A DNA stretch of 64,000 nt, taken from positions 50,669-114,668 of the forward strand of contig JBEKYR010000014.1 of NCBI GenBank assembly GCA_049510745.1. The letters run 5' to 3'. This DNA comes from Verrucomicrobiota bacterium. Its GTDB lineage: Bacteria; Verrucomicrobiota; Verrucomicrobiia; Limisphaerales; Palsa-1400. The first letter of the stretch is position 1. Every line of letters begins with the position of its first letter. Below are positions 55,861 to 64,000 of the stretch, in pieces. Below the pieces are notes generated by a model. The model was not told the DNA's origin and searched no databases. It was given only the letters and a program-made list of their open reading frames with translations. The position numbers were made by a program, and so were the translations under genes.

Positions 55861-57840
55861 ATGGAAAATGAACGCAAAACGCCGGACGAACGGAACAAAA
55901 TGACGGAACTGGAGCGCCTTCGCCACTCGTGCGCGCATGTCCTGGCCACCGCCATCGTCAAGCTCTGGCCCGACGCCCAATTCGCCGCCGGACCGCCGGT
56001 CGAGAACGGCTTTTATTACGACGTGGAACTGTCGCACCGCATCTCGCCGGAGGATTTTCCAAAAATCGAGGAGGAAATGAAACGGGTCGTGAAGGCGAAC
56101 CAGACGTTTGAAAAAGTGGTCGTGCCGCGCGCCCAGGCGCTGGAGGACGCCCAAAAAGGCCGGCTGGCCGCGCTGGGCGAACGGCCCGTGCCGAGCAAGT
56201 TCAAGCTCGACATCGTCCAGAACATTCCCGACAACGAAGCGATTTCCTATTTTAGAAACGGCGATTTCATCGACCTGTGCGCGGGGCCGCACGTCATGCG
56301 CACGGGCAACATCGGCGCCTTCAAGCTCACGCACGTCGCCAGCGCCTATTACAAGGGCGACGAGCGCAACCCGCAACTCCAGCGCATCTACGGCACCGCC
56401 TTCAAGAATAGGACGGAGATGGACGCCTACTTCGCGATGCTCGAAGAGGCCAAGCGCCGCGACCACCGCAAGATCGGCGCGGAGATGGGGCTGTTCGCGG
56501 TGGACGCCGAGTACGTCGGGCCGGGCCTGCCGCTCTGGCTGCCCAAAGGCACCGCGATTTTGGAGGAACTGGAAAAGCTGGCCAAGGAAACGGAATTCGC
56601 CGCCGGCTACGTGCGGGTCAAGACACCGCACATCGCCAAGGAAAAAATGTATTTGACCAGCGGGCATCTACCGGTGCTTTACGCGGAGAGCATGTTTCCG
56701 CCGATGGAATTGATGGAGGGAGATCATCGCGAACGCATTGAGCAAGCAGTCAAAATGCGCGAAGAGAGGGTTCGTCTTGAAGAGGACGGCAAGGTTGCAC
56801 ACTCAGATCGAATCAAGGAGTTGAATGAGAGAATTTCCCAGTTAATCACAAAGGGCGGATTCCTCTCGGACAAGTATTACCTCAAAGCCATGAACTGCCC
56901 GCACCATCACCGCATTTTTGCGGCGGAACCGCGCAGTTACCGGGATTTGCCGTTGCGGCTGGCGGAATACGGGACCTGCTACCGCTACGAGCAATCAGGC
57001 GAGTTGATCGGCCTCATGCGCGTCCGCTCGCTCAACATGAACGACGCGCATATTTATTGCACGGAGGAGCAGTTCGCGGCCGAGTTCAACGCGGTCAACG
57101 AGATGTATCTGAAGTATTTCAAGATTTTCGGCATCGAGAAATACGTCATGCGTTTCAGCACGCACGACCCGTCGCGCCTGACCGGCGACAACGCGAAATT
57201 CGTCAACGAGCCGGCGCTTTGGAAGCAGACCGAAGACATGGTCCGCGCCACGCTGGAAAAGTCGGGCATCAACTACAAGGAAGTGCCGAACGAAGCGGCG
57301 TTCTACGGTCCGAAGATTGATGTGCAAGTTTGGAGCGTCATTGGCCGTGAATTCACGCTGGCCACCAACCAGGTGGATTTCGCGCAGCCCAGGCGCATGG
57401 GCCTGACCTACCGCGACCGCGACAACACGGACAAGACGCCGTTGTGCATCCATCGCGCGCCGCTGGGCACGCACGAGCGGTTCATCGGCTTTCTCATCGA
57501 GCATTACGCGGGCAACTTCCCGCTCTGGCTCGCGCCGGAGCAGGTGCGCGTGCTGACGATTGGCGAGGACGAAAAACTGGTGGGGTACGCGAAATCCATC
57601 GTGGCGGAACTGCGCGCGAATTTCGTCCGCGTCGAGGTCGATTTTTCGTCGAACAAAATCAACGGGAAGATTCAGGAAGCGGAAAAGGCGCGGGTCCACA
57701 CCATGCTGGTCATTGGCAACCGCGACTTGGAGGCCGGAAACGTGAGCGTGCGCCTGCACGGCAAAGGCAGCATCGGCGCGAAGCCGAAAGGGGAAGTGGT
57801 GGCGGAAATCTTGTCCGCGATTCGGGAACGCCGTGCCTGA
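55861..57840 (+). CDS. thrS: Threonine--tRNA ligase (short N-terminus, internal insertion)
   Basis: LRHSCAH, DLCAGPH, RDHRKIG, MNCPHH, AAFYGPKID, IHRAPLGTHERF. Confidence 0.98.
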   Translation: MENERKTPDERNKMTELERLRHSCAHVLATAIVKLWPDAQFAAGPPVENGFYYDVELSHRISPEDFPKIEEEMKRVVKANQTFEKVVVPRAQALEDAQKGRLAALGERPVPSKFKLDIVQNIPDNEAISYFRNGDFIDLCAGPHVMRTGNIGAFKLTHVASAYYKGDERNPQLQRIYGTAFKNRTEMDAYFAMLEEAKRRDHRKIGAEMGLFAVDAEYVGPGLPLWLPKGTAILEELEKLAKETEFAAGYVRVKTPHIAKEKMYLTSGHLPVLYAESMFPPMELMEGDHRERIEQAVKMREERVRLEEDGKVAHSDRIKELNERISQLITKGGFLSDKYYLKAMNCPHHHRIFAAEPRSYRDLPLRLAEYGTCYRYEQSGELIGLMRVRSLNMNDAHIYCTEEQFAAEFNAVNEMYLKYFKIFGIEKYVMRFSTHDPSRLTGDNAKFVNEPALWKQTEDMVRATLEKSGINYKEVPNEAAFYGPKIDVQVWSVIGREFTLATNQVDFAQPRRMGLTYRDRDNTDKTPLCIHRAPLGTHERFIGFLIEHYAGNFPLWLAPEQVRVLTIGEDEKLVGYAKSIVAELRANFVRVEVDFSSNKINGKIQEAEKARVHTMLVIGNRDLEAGNVSVRLHGKGSIGAKPKGEVVAEILSAIRERRA

Positions 57841-57914
57841 ACCTGTTGCCAAAATAAAGTGGCTTCCCTGATGGACGAGGCCGGCCCGACCTGCTAGTCT
57901 TGTCGAGTCCTGTT

Positions 57915-59123
57915 ATGAACGAATTCAAATTTTCCTGCCCGAATTGCCAGCAGAAGATTGAGGCGACGCCGGAGTATTCGGGCGCGCAGATCAATTGTCC
58001 CGCCTGCCAGCATCTGTTGACCGTGCCGCCGGCGCCCAGCGGGCCGGTGCCGCCGCAAGTGACCAAGCTGACCAAAGCGCCCTCGACGGTCAATCGCGTG
58101 GCCACGCCCACGCCTTTCATCGTGCAAGGCCGCCCGGTGAAGAAGAAGAAGGATCGCACCGGGCTGGTGGTCGGCCTGATCCTGGCAGCCGGCGCCATTT
58201 CGGCGGGGATCAATTTTGGCCCCTCGCTCTACGCCAAGTATTTTCACCACGAAGAAGCGTCCGCGGCCGATCAGGGGCCGACCAACGCGCCGCCGCCGCC
58301 ACCACCTGAGTTGACGAGCGAGGAAATCCTGCAGAAGGTCGGCGAGACCTACACGGGCCTGAAGAGTTTTGCCCTCAAGGGCCAGTCGGTGATGATGATT
58401 GACGTTTCGCAAATCAACCCCGCCATGCAGGGGGAGCAGCGCTCGACGGCGACGGTCGCGCTGCAATTGGGCCGTTCCAATCTTTACCGGATGGAATGGG
58501 AACGGACCGTGAGCGGAACGCCGATCAAAGGGGCGGCCTGGAGCGCCGGCAAGGGCGACTTTTTCGGATTCGGCCCCTACCCGCCCGGCAAGGTGAAGAA
58601 CCGCGAGGAGGCCTTGACCAAGGCGGCCGCCGTGTCGTCGGCCTTGTGCAGTTTGATCGCGGAGTTGTTTTTCAGCGAGACCAACAACCTGGCGACGCAG
58701 GCCAGCGCGTTCACCCGGACCAATGGCACGGCCCTCAGCGGGCAGGATTGCTATATCTTGAACGGAGAACTCGCCGCCCACAATATTGTGCTGTGGATCA
58801 ACAAGAGGAGCTTTCTCATCCCGCAAATCGAATTTGATTTTGGCGGCAAGGTGGACGAAGCGGCGCTGAAAAAGCTCCCGCCGGCGGAACGCGACCAATT
58901 GACCCGCATGTCCAAATTGAAGGGCAATGTCGTCGAAACCTACGAGAACCTGGAATCCAACCCGGACCTGAGCGCGTCCGCCTTTGAATCCTCTTACACG
59001 CCCAGCGCCGCCGCGACTGCGGCCCCCGGGGGCCGGCCCGCCCTCGGACCGAAGCCCGGCTCGCCCGAGGTGGGAGGAAGACCGACCCAACTGACGCGCC
59101 GCGTCAGGCCGCCGCCGCAGTGA
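57915..59123 (+). CDS. Hypothetical bitopic protein: Zn ribbon, Pro-rich linker, TM, extracytoplasmic LolA-like domain
   Basis: CPNC...CPAC, single TM, EILQKVGETY...LWINKRSFLI pattern typical of LolA-like folds. Confidence 0.65.
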   Translation: MNEFKFSCPNCQQKIEATPEYSGAQINCPACQHLLTVPPAPSGPVPPQVTKLTKAPSTVNRVATPTPFIVQGRPVKKKKDRTGLVVGLILAAGAISAGINFGPSLYAKYFHHEEASAADQGPTNAPPPPPPELTSEEILQKVGETYTGLKSFALKGQSVMMIDVSQINPAMQGEQRSTATVALQLGRSNLYRMEWERTVSGTPIKGAAWSAGKGDFFGFGPYPPGKVKNREEALTKAAAVSSALCSLIAELFFSETNNLATQASAFTRTNGTALSGQDCYILNGELAAHNIVLWINKRSFLIPQIEFDFGGKVDEAALKKLPPAERDQLTRMSKLKGNVVETYENLESNPDLSASAFESSYTPSAAATAAPGGRPALGPKPGSPEVGGRPTQLTRRVRPPPQ

Positions 59124-59242
59124 AGGAGTGGGAGATTGGGTGGCAGCCTGCGGACCTGAAGGAGGCGAACCGGACGCGTGAAACCGTGCGGCCAACGGCC
59201 GCCGCAGTTTTTGGCAAGTCACGAACTCATCGGGACCGGCGG

Positions 59243-59596
59243 TCAGGCGGAACCCGGGCCGGGACCATTTTTTAAGTCGAACCCAAGGATTCTTGCCAGC
59301 GTCCGGGTAATTTCCTGGAATTTCCGTTCGGGGAACGGAGCAATTCGTCTTACCACCTTGGCATTGTCCACGCCTGCCACGCCCAAAACATTCACCACGG
59401 ATTCGTTTCTCAGCCAGGCTGGTTTGGGAAAGGCAACCTCACAGTCGCCGCCGCGAATCTCGGTGGTCATGGGAACGACCACGGACATGTTGCGCTGCCG
59501 GTCGGGGTTGGAAATGGAAACAACCACGCACGGTCGAACCTTTTGAGCCAGGCCCAAGTCCACGATCACCACGTCGCCGCGACTAAAGTTTGTCAT
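59243..59596 (-). CDS. PemK/MazF family toxin
   Basis: RGDVVIVDL...KVRPCVVVS...VVVPMTT. Overlaps the antitoxin end. Confidence 0.88.
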   Translation of the reverse strand: MTNFSRGDVVIVDLGLAQKVRPCVVVSISNPDRQRNMSVVVPMTTEIRGGDCEVAFPKPAWLRNESVVNVLGVAGVDNAKVVRRIAPFPERKFQEITRTLARILGFDLKNGPGPGSA

Positions 59597-59801
59597 AATT
59601 AATTTCGGGCGCCGGACCGAGCTTTTCCCATGTGTCCGAAATGACGGTGTCCATATTGGGCACAGGAGGCAGCGCGGGCAGGCCGTAAGCGATGGAATCA
59701 CGGAAAATGTCGGCCAGGCTTTTTTTCCTTTTTCTGGCTTCGTTCTCCACGCGCTTAAAAACGTCCTGGTCCATGCGCAGAGTATAACTGACCGTTTTCA
59801 T
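59583..59801 (-). CDS. Antitoxin with a ribbon-helix-helix-like N-terminus
   Basis: 72 aa, MKTVSYTLRMDQDVFKRVENEARKRKKSLADIFRDSI, directly upstream of the toxin. Confidence 0.75.
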   Translation of the reverse strand: MKTVSYTLRMDQDVFKRVENEARKRKKSLADIFRDSIAYGLPALPPVPNMDTVISDTWEKLGPAPEINYDKL

Positions 59802-59926
59802 GTAATCAAATTGGTTACAAAAGGGAAACCTGTCAAGCCCCTTTCGCCGGGAAAGGGGCGCCGGAAATCTTTTTCCCAAAACTGTTTACAATCCCGCGCG
59901 GCAACCGGCAGATTGGTGCTCTTCGG

Positions 59927-59965
59927 TCGGGCGTAGCGTAGCTTGGTCGCGCGCTTGGTTCGGGA
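59927..59965 (+). pseudogene. 5' half of tRNA-Pro(CGG), truncated after the anticodon loop
   Basis: CGGGCGTAGCGTAGCTTGGTCGCGCGCTTGG-TTCGGGA. There is no 3' anticodon stem, T-arm or acceptor 3' strand downstream. Confidence 0.7.
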
Positions 59966-60270
59966 GCAAATTTCACGCTTTTTAGCCATTTTTAGCTACG
60001 TTTTGCTGGCCTTTGCAATCATTGCTAGTGCGTTGGTTTCCAACTGGTTACGATGCGTTTCCAAGTCATCCCATCTCAGCTCATATAATCCCAAATTCTC
60101 AAACCGGGTTACAAGCCGGGTTACGAGTTTTTCGTTGGCGAATCCCCTTAAATCGCCCGCCACAGCACCGTCGCCACACGAAAACCGACCACCACCGGGT
60201 CAGGGGATGAATCAGCCTCCCCATAGAAATGGAGAGCGGCCTGCTGGAGTCGCGGTCGCGCCCACGGCGG

Positions 60271-63200
60271 CTATTGCTGTTCCAGCCGGAAAAACTGGTT
60301 GCCGGTCGCCGGGGTGATCGTGGCAGATATGGTCGTGCCATTGGTCGTGAGCGCCCCGCCATAATCCACCCAGTTGGGCGCGAAGAGCGTTCCATTCTGT
60401 TCCAGCACATAGCCCACTGAAGGCGACGGCCAGGAAACAATGACGCCGGGGCTTGACCGCACGATTTGCAGCGTGGGCGGTGTGACGTTAATGCTGAAAA
60501 CGCCGCCGCCGCCAAGCGGGCCGCCCGTCAATGTCACGCCATACAGGGTGTTGCCCGAGAGTGTCAGACTGGCGTAAGGCGCGTTTCCGTCGTCGCCGCT
60601 GAAACTATAAAGAGTGTAAAAATGAGTGCCATCCAAGTTCATTTGGAAGACCGTGCCATCGTTTTGCGCGCCGCCGGAGTAGGTTGTCCCATAGAGCGTA
60701 TCGTCCGACAACACCAGGGTATCGTAAGGAGACGCTCCATCGCTGTAACTGAATTGGTGCAGAAGGGTATAACCACTGCCGTCCGTGTTCACCTTGAACA
60801 CCGTGCCCCCGCCCGAATTTCCGCCCTGATATGTCGTCCCATAAAGCGTGCTGCCGGACAGCGCCAAACCACCGTAGGGATACCGGCCATCGGAGTTGCC
60901 GAAAATGTGGAGAACTCCGTAGGCGCTGCCGTCCGTGTTGACCTTGAAGACGGTGCCATTATCGAAACCGCCGCCGCTGCTGGCCGTTCCGTACAACGTG
61001 CTTCCGGAAATCACCAGACCGCCTTGCGGATTGGCACCATCGGCGTTGTTTTGTCGCCCGGTGAACGGATTATTTTCGATCGCGGGGAAACTCTTCAGAA
61101 CCGAAAATCCGCTCCCGTCGGTGTTGATCTTGAAGACCGTGCCATATCCGAAACTGCCGCCGCTGTTGGCCGTTCCATACAGAGCGCCGCCTGACAACAG
61201 GAGTCCGTCGTACGGATAGCTGCCGTCTCCATTGCCATAAAACTCGTGCAGCGTGACCAGGCCGCTCCCGTTGGTTGCGATCGCGAAGATCGTCCCGACG
61301 TTCTGATTGCCGCCGCGATACGTGGTCCCATAGAGCATGGTGCCCGATAATACCATGGTGCCATAGGGACTGACGCCATCACTGCTGCTATTGAAGCCGT
61401 GAACCGTGGTGAACCCGCCGTTGGCAGCGTTGACCGCGAACACTGTGCCTTGGTCTGCCACGCCCCCATCGGACGCCGTTCCATACAATGTGCCGCCAGA
61501 CAGGACCAATCCACTGTACGGGTTGGCCCCGTCAAGGCCGCCCTCAAAAGCGTGAAGTGTCGCAAAACCGGTGCCATCGGTATTCACCTTAAACACCACG
61601 CCGGCACCCGCGCTGCCCTCGGTGGACGTCGTCCCGTAGAGCACGCCGCTCGAAAACACCAGGCTCGCATAAGGATTACCGCCATCATTGTCGCCGGTGA
61701 AATTGTAGAAGTTGGTGAAGCCGGCGCCATTTATATTGATTCCAAACACCGTCCCATACCCCAAACTGCCGCCACTCGACGTGGTTCCGTAAAGTGTGTT
61801 TCCGGACATCACCAGGCCGGCGTAAGGATTCGCTCCATCGCTGTAGCCAAAACTGTAAAGATTGGTGAATTCACCCCCGTCCATCGTCAGGGCGAAGACA
61901 TCGCCTGCTCCGTTCGTGCCGCCAGACTCAGTGGTCCCATAAAGCACGTTGGCAAACGCCACCAGGTCCGAGTAAGGGTAGGCTCCGTCGCTGTAGCCAA
62001 AACTGTGAAGGTTGGTAAATCCGGTGCCGTTCGTATTGATTCCGAACACGGTCCCGTAACCCGACGAGCCGCCTTCGGAGGTCGTCCCGTACAACATGCT
62101 GCCCGATAAGACCAGAGCCGCCTTGGGATCTCCGCCATCACTGGAACTACTGAAACCATGGAGGATGGCGAACCCGCTGCCATCCGTGTTGACCGAAAAG
62201 ACCGTGCCATATCCCGCAGGCCCCCCATTTTGCGTCGTTCCATACAAGGTGTTCCCCGACAATATAAGGGCGGCCGATGGATTGTATCCGGTACTGCTTT
62301 GAAAACTGTAAACATTGCTCAACCCCGAACCGTTCACGTTGACGCTGAATACCTCTCCGTTCCCATGAGTGCCGCCGCTATAAGTCGTGCCATACAGGGT
62401 GTTGCCCGATAACACCAGACCGGCGTAAGGCGAGGTGCCATCGGTGCCCCCGCCAATAAAATCGTAAAGAGGGGCGAATCCGCTCCCGTCCCGGTTGATT
62501 TGGAAAACCACGCCGTTGTTGGCGCTGCCGCCGCTGCTGAGTGTCCCATAAAGCGTGTTGCCTGATCCCACCGTCACTCCCCCGTAAGGATTGGCCCCCC
62601 CGACCACAAGAAAGTCATCCAACACCGCGAACCCGCTTCCATCCGTGTTGACCTTGTACACGGTGCCGTGCCCGGCGCTGCCGCCTTGGGAGACAACCCC
62701 ATAGAGCGTGCTGCCGGAAAGTGTCACGCCGTACGGATAATATCCGGTATTTTGGTAATTAAAGTTCATCACGTTCGTGAAACCGCTGCCATTCGCGTTC
62801 ATCTGGAAGAGCGTGCCGCCCCCGTCCAGGCCGCCGTATATTGTCGTCCCATAAAGCACGTTGCCCGATACCACCAGGCCCGCAAAGGGGTAATACCCAG
62901 ACCCCCCGCCATATGAGAAACTGTGCACGCTGGTAAATCCGCTGCCATCTGTCTGGATCGAGAAAACCATCCCGGCGCTGTTGGTGCCGCCCTCCTCGGT
63001 CGTTCCATAAAGCAGGTCTCCGGACAACCCCAGGCTGCCGATTGGATAGTTGCCATCGCTGATGTCTCCGGTAAAAGAGTGCAGGTTGGTAAAACCACTC
63101 CCGTCCGTGTTGATCGCAAACACTGTGCCGTAGCCGTTGGTGCCGCCCTGCTCGGCGACCCCGTACAGGACGCCGCCCGATAACACCAAGCCGGCGGCGG

Positions 63201-63807
63201 GATAGAAGCCGTCGCTGTTCGTGCTGCGGTTGACTCCATTGTAAGCACTGATGCCGAAACTTCTCAGCGATGTAAAACCGCTTCCATTTGTGTCGAGCGA
63301 GAACACGTTGCCGTTGCCATTCGTCCCGCCATATTCCGTCGTTCCATACAAAACGCCGTTGGAAAGCACCAGGGCGCCCTGGGCGTAATAGCCATCCGCA
63401 TAATTGAAACTGTGCAGGTTGGTAAACCCGCTTCCGTCCGTCTGGATCGCAAACACCGTTCCATAGCCGTTGATGCCGCCGTACTCGGTCGTTCCATAAA
63501 GCATGTCTCCGGCCAGTACCAGGCCCGCGTACGGATTGTTTCCATTGGTGGTTCCAAAACTGCATAGGTTCGTGGCCCCGGTGCCGTCACTGTTCACCCT
63601 GAACACCGTCCCGTAGCCGTAAGCGCCACCGCCGGAAGTGGTTCCATACAAGGTGCCGTCCGCGCCCCGCACAAGGGCTCCTAACGGTGTTTGTCCGGGC
63701 GCGCCAAAACTGGTCAGCATTAAAAACTCCTGCGCCGGCAACTGCGGCACGGCCGACACCACGACGGCGACGCACACTAAATTCAACAACAATTTGCATG
63801 TCTTCAT
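60271..63807 (-). CDS. Secreted choice-of-anchor GloVer tandem-repeat protein (21 repeats) with an FFRL-ending C-terminal domain
   Basis: Signal peptide MKTCKLLLNLVCVAVVVSAVPQLPA. 21 LYG(T/V)..GG....GTVF repeats of about 50 aa. C-terminal VSWP...VLEQ...W...FFRL. Confidence 0.88.
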   Translation of the reverse strand: MKTCKLLLNLVCVAVVVSAVPQLPAQEFLMLTSFGAPGQTPLGALVRGADGTLYGTTSGGGAYGYGTVFRVNSDGTGATNLCSFGTTNGNNPYAGLVLAGDMLYGTTEYGGINGYGTVFAIQTDGSGFTNLHSFNYADGYYAQGALVLSNGVLYGTTEYGGTNGNGNVFSLDTNGSGFTSLRSFGISAYNGVNRSTNSDGFYPAAGLVLSGGVLYGVAEQGGTNGYGTVFAINTDGSGFTNLHSFTGDISDGNYPIGSLGLSGDLLYGTTEEGGTNSAGMVFSIQTDGSGFTSVHSFSYGGGSGYYPFAGLVVSGNVLYGTTIYGGLDGGGTLFQMNANGSGFTNVMNFNYQNTGYYPYGVTLSGSTLYGVVSQGGSAGHGTVYKVNTDGSGFAVLDDFLVVGGANPYGGVTVGSGNTLYGTLSSGGSANNGVVFQINRDGSGFAPLYDFIGGGTDGTSPYAGLVLSGNTLYGTTYSGGTHGNGEVFSVNVNGSGLSNVYSFQSSTGYNPSAALILSGNTLYGTTQNGGPAGYGTVFSVNTDGSGFAILHGFSSSSDGGDPKAALVLSGSMLYGTTSEGGSSGYGTVFGINTNGTGFTNLHSFGYSDGAYPYSDLVAFANVLYGTTESGGTNGAGDVFALTMDGGEFTNLYSFGYSDGANPYAGLVMSGNTLYGTTSSGGSLGYGTVFGININGAGFTNFYNFTGDNDGGNPYASLVFSSGVLYGTTSTEGSAGAGVVFKVNTDGTGFATLHAFEGGLDGANPYSGLVLSGGTLYGTASDGGVADQGTVFAVNAANGGFTTVHGFNSSSDGVSPYGTMVLSGTMLYGTTYRGGNQNVGTIFAIATNGSGLVTLHEFYGNGDGSYPYDGLLLSGGALYGTANSGGSFGYGTVFKINTDGSGFSVLKSFPAIENNPFTGRQNNADGANPQGGLVISGSTLYGTASSGGGFDNGTVFKVNTDGSAYGVLHIFGNSDGRYPYGGLALSGSTLYGTTYQGGNSGGGTVFKVNTDGSGYTLLHQFSYSDGASPYDTLVLSDDTLYGTTYSGGAQNDGTVFQMNLDGTHFYTLYSFSGDDGNAPYASLTLSGNTLYGVTLTGGPLGGGGVFSINVTPPTLQIVRSSPGVIVSWPSPSVGYVLEQNGTLFAPNWVDYGGALTTNGTTISATITPATGNQFFRLEQQ

Positions 63808-64000
63808 AATGGGTAAAACACGAACCGTGGGTGACACTAACGATTCTGTGGTCCCCTCGTCAAGGAAAGAGATTAAGGGGCATCGATTTCGCAAGGTGGT
63901 CGGGATTTCTGGTTGGAGCAGACATCCGATTTTTTGGCCGGGCGGCAGCGCTGCGTCTGGCGTTCCGGCCTCCTTGGGTTTAGGACAAAGCATCGCTTTA

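Noticed and set aside
56719..56874. Mini-intein in ThrS
   Set aside because: Too short, and it lacks the N-terminal Cys/Ser and C-terminal His-Asn splice motifs.
59927..60270. Intron-split tRNA-Pro
   Set aside because: No 3' exon (CCAAG...GGTTC.AATCC...CCA) and no group I core is visible downstream, and the 5' half carries decay mutations.
60271..63807. Regular ~150-bp periodicity as a possible CRISPR or DGR array
   Set aside because: The repeats are degenerate protein-coding units in one ORF. There are no identical repeats with unique spacers and no cas or reverse transcriptase gene.
63876..64000. Possible fifth MITE copy at the window end
   Set aside because: Only a short resemblance to part of copy B. 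Ends and target duplication cannot be seen within the window.

Overview
GC-rich bacterial chromosome segment. It is probably Verrucomicrobiota (Limisphaerales/Pedosphaerales-like); this is inferred from the GloVer-repeat protein with an FFRL-ending C-terminal domain and the PadR/permease-prefix pair. Most of the window is housekeeping: the end of a T2SS secretin gene, a sigma54 two-component pair, GH106 and GH2 glycosidases, an RND efflux triplet, atpBEFHAG (no atpDC), upp, the tRNA-Thr-tuf-tRNA-Trp-tRNA-Ser-secE-nusG-rplKAJL-rpoBC cluster, kamA-family, ABC-F, holB, accBC, thiE, exeA/gspB-like, thrS and a MazF-type toxin-antitoxin (TA) pair. The most interesting signals are non-coding or sub-genic. 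(1) A family of small elements shares GGGCGCAT(C/T)TC-type inverted ends, two copies have 8-bp target duplications, and the internal modules are mixed between copies. (2) A 445-bp TA islet is bounded by a largely synonymously recoded duplicate of the kamA 3' end. (3) An orphan 5' half of tRNA-Pro(CGG), cut at the anticodon loop, is followed by att-like repeats. (4) ThrS carries an AT-richer in-frame insertion of about 52 codons. (5) There is a candidate promoter-to-terminator small RNA, a Rex box at the atp promoter and several apparently leaderless genes. No CRISPR array, integrase or transposase gene is visible. All calls are by eye; no database search was run.
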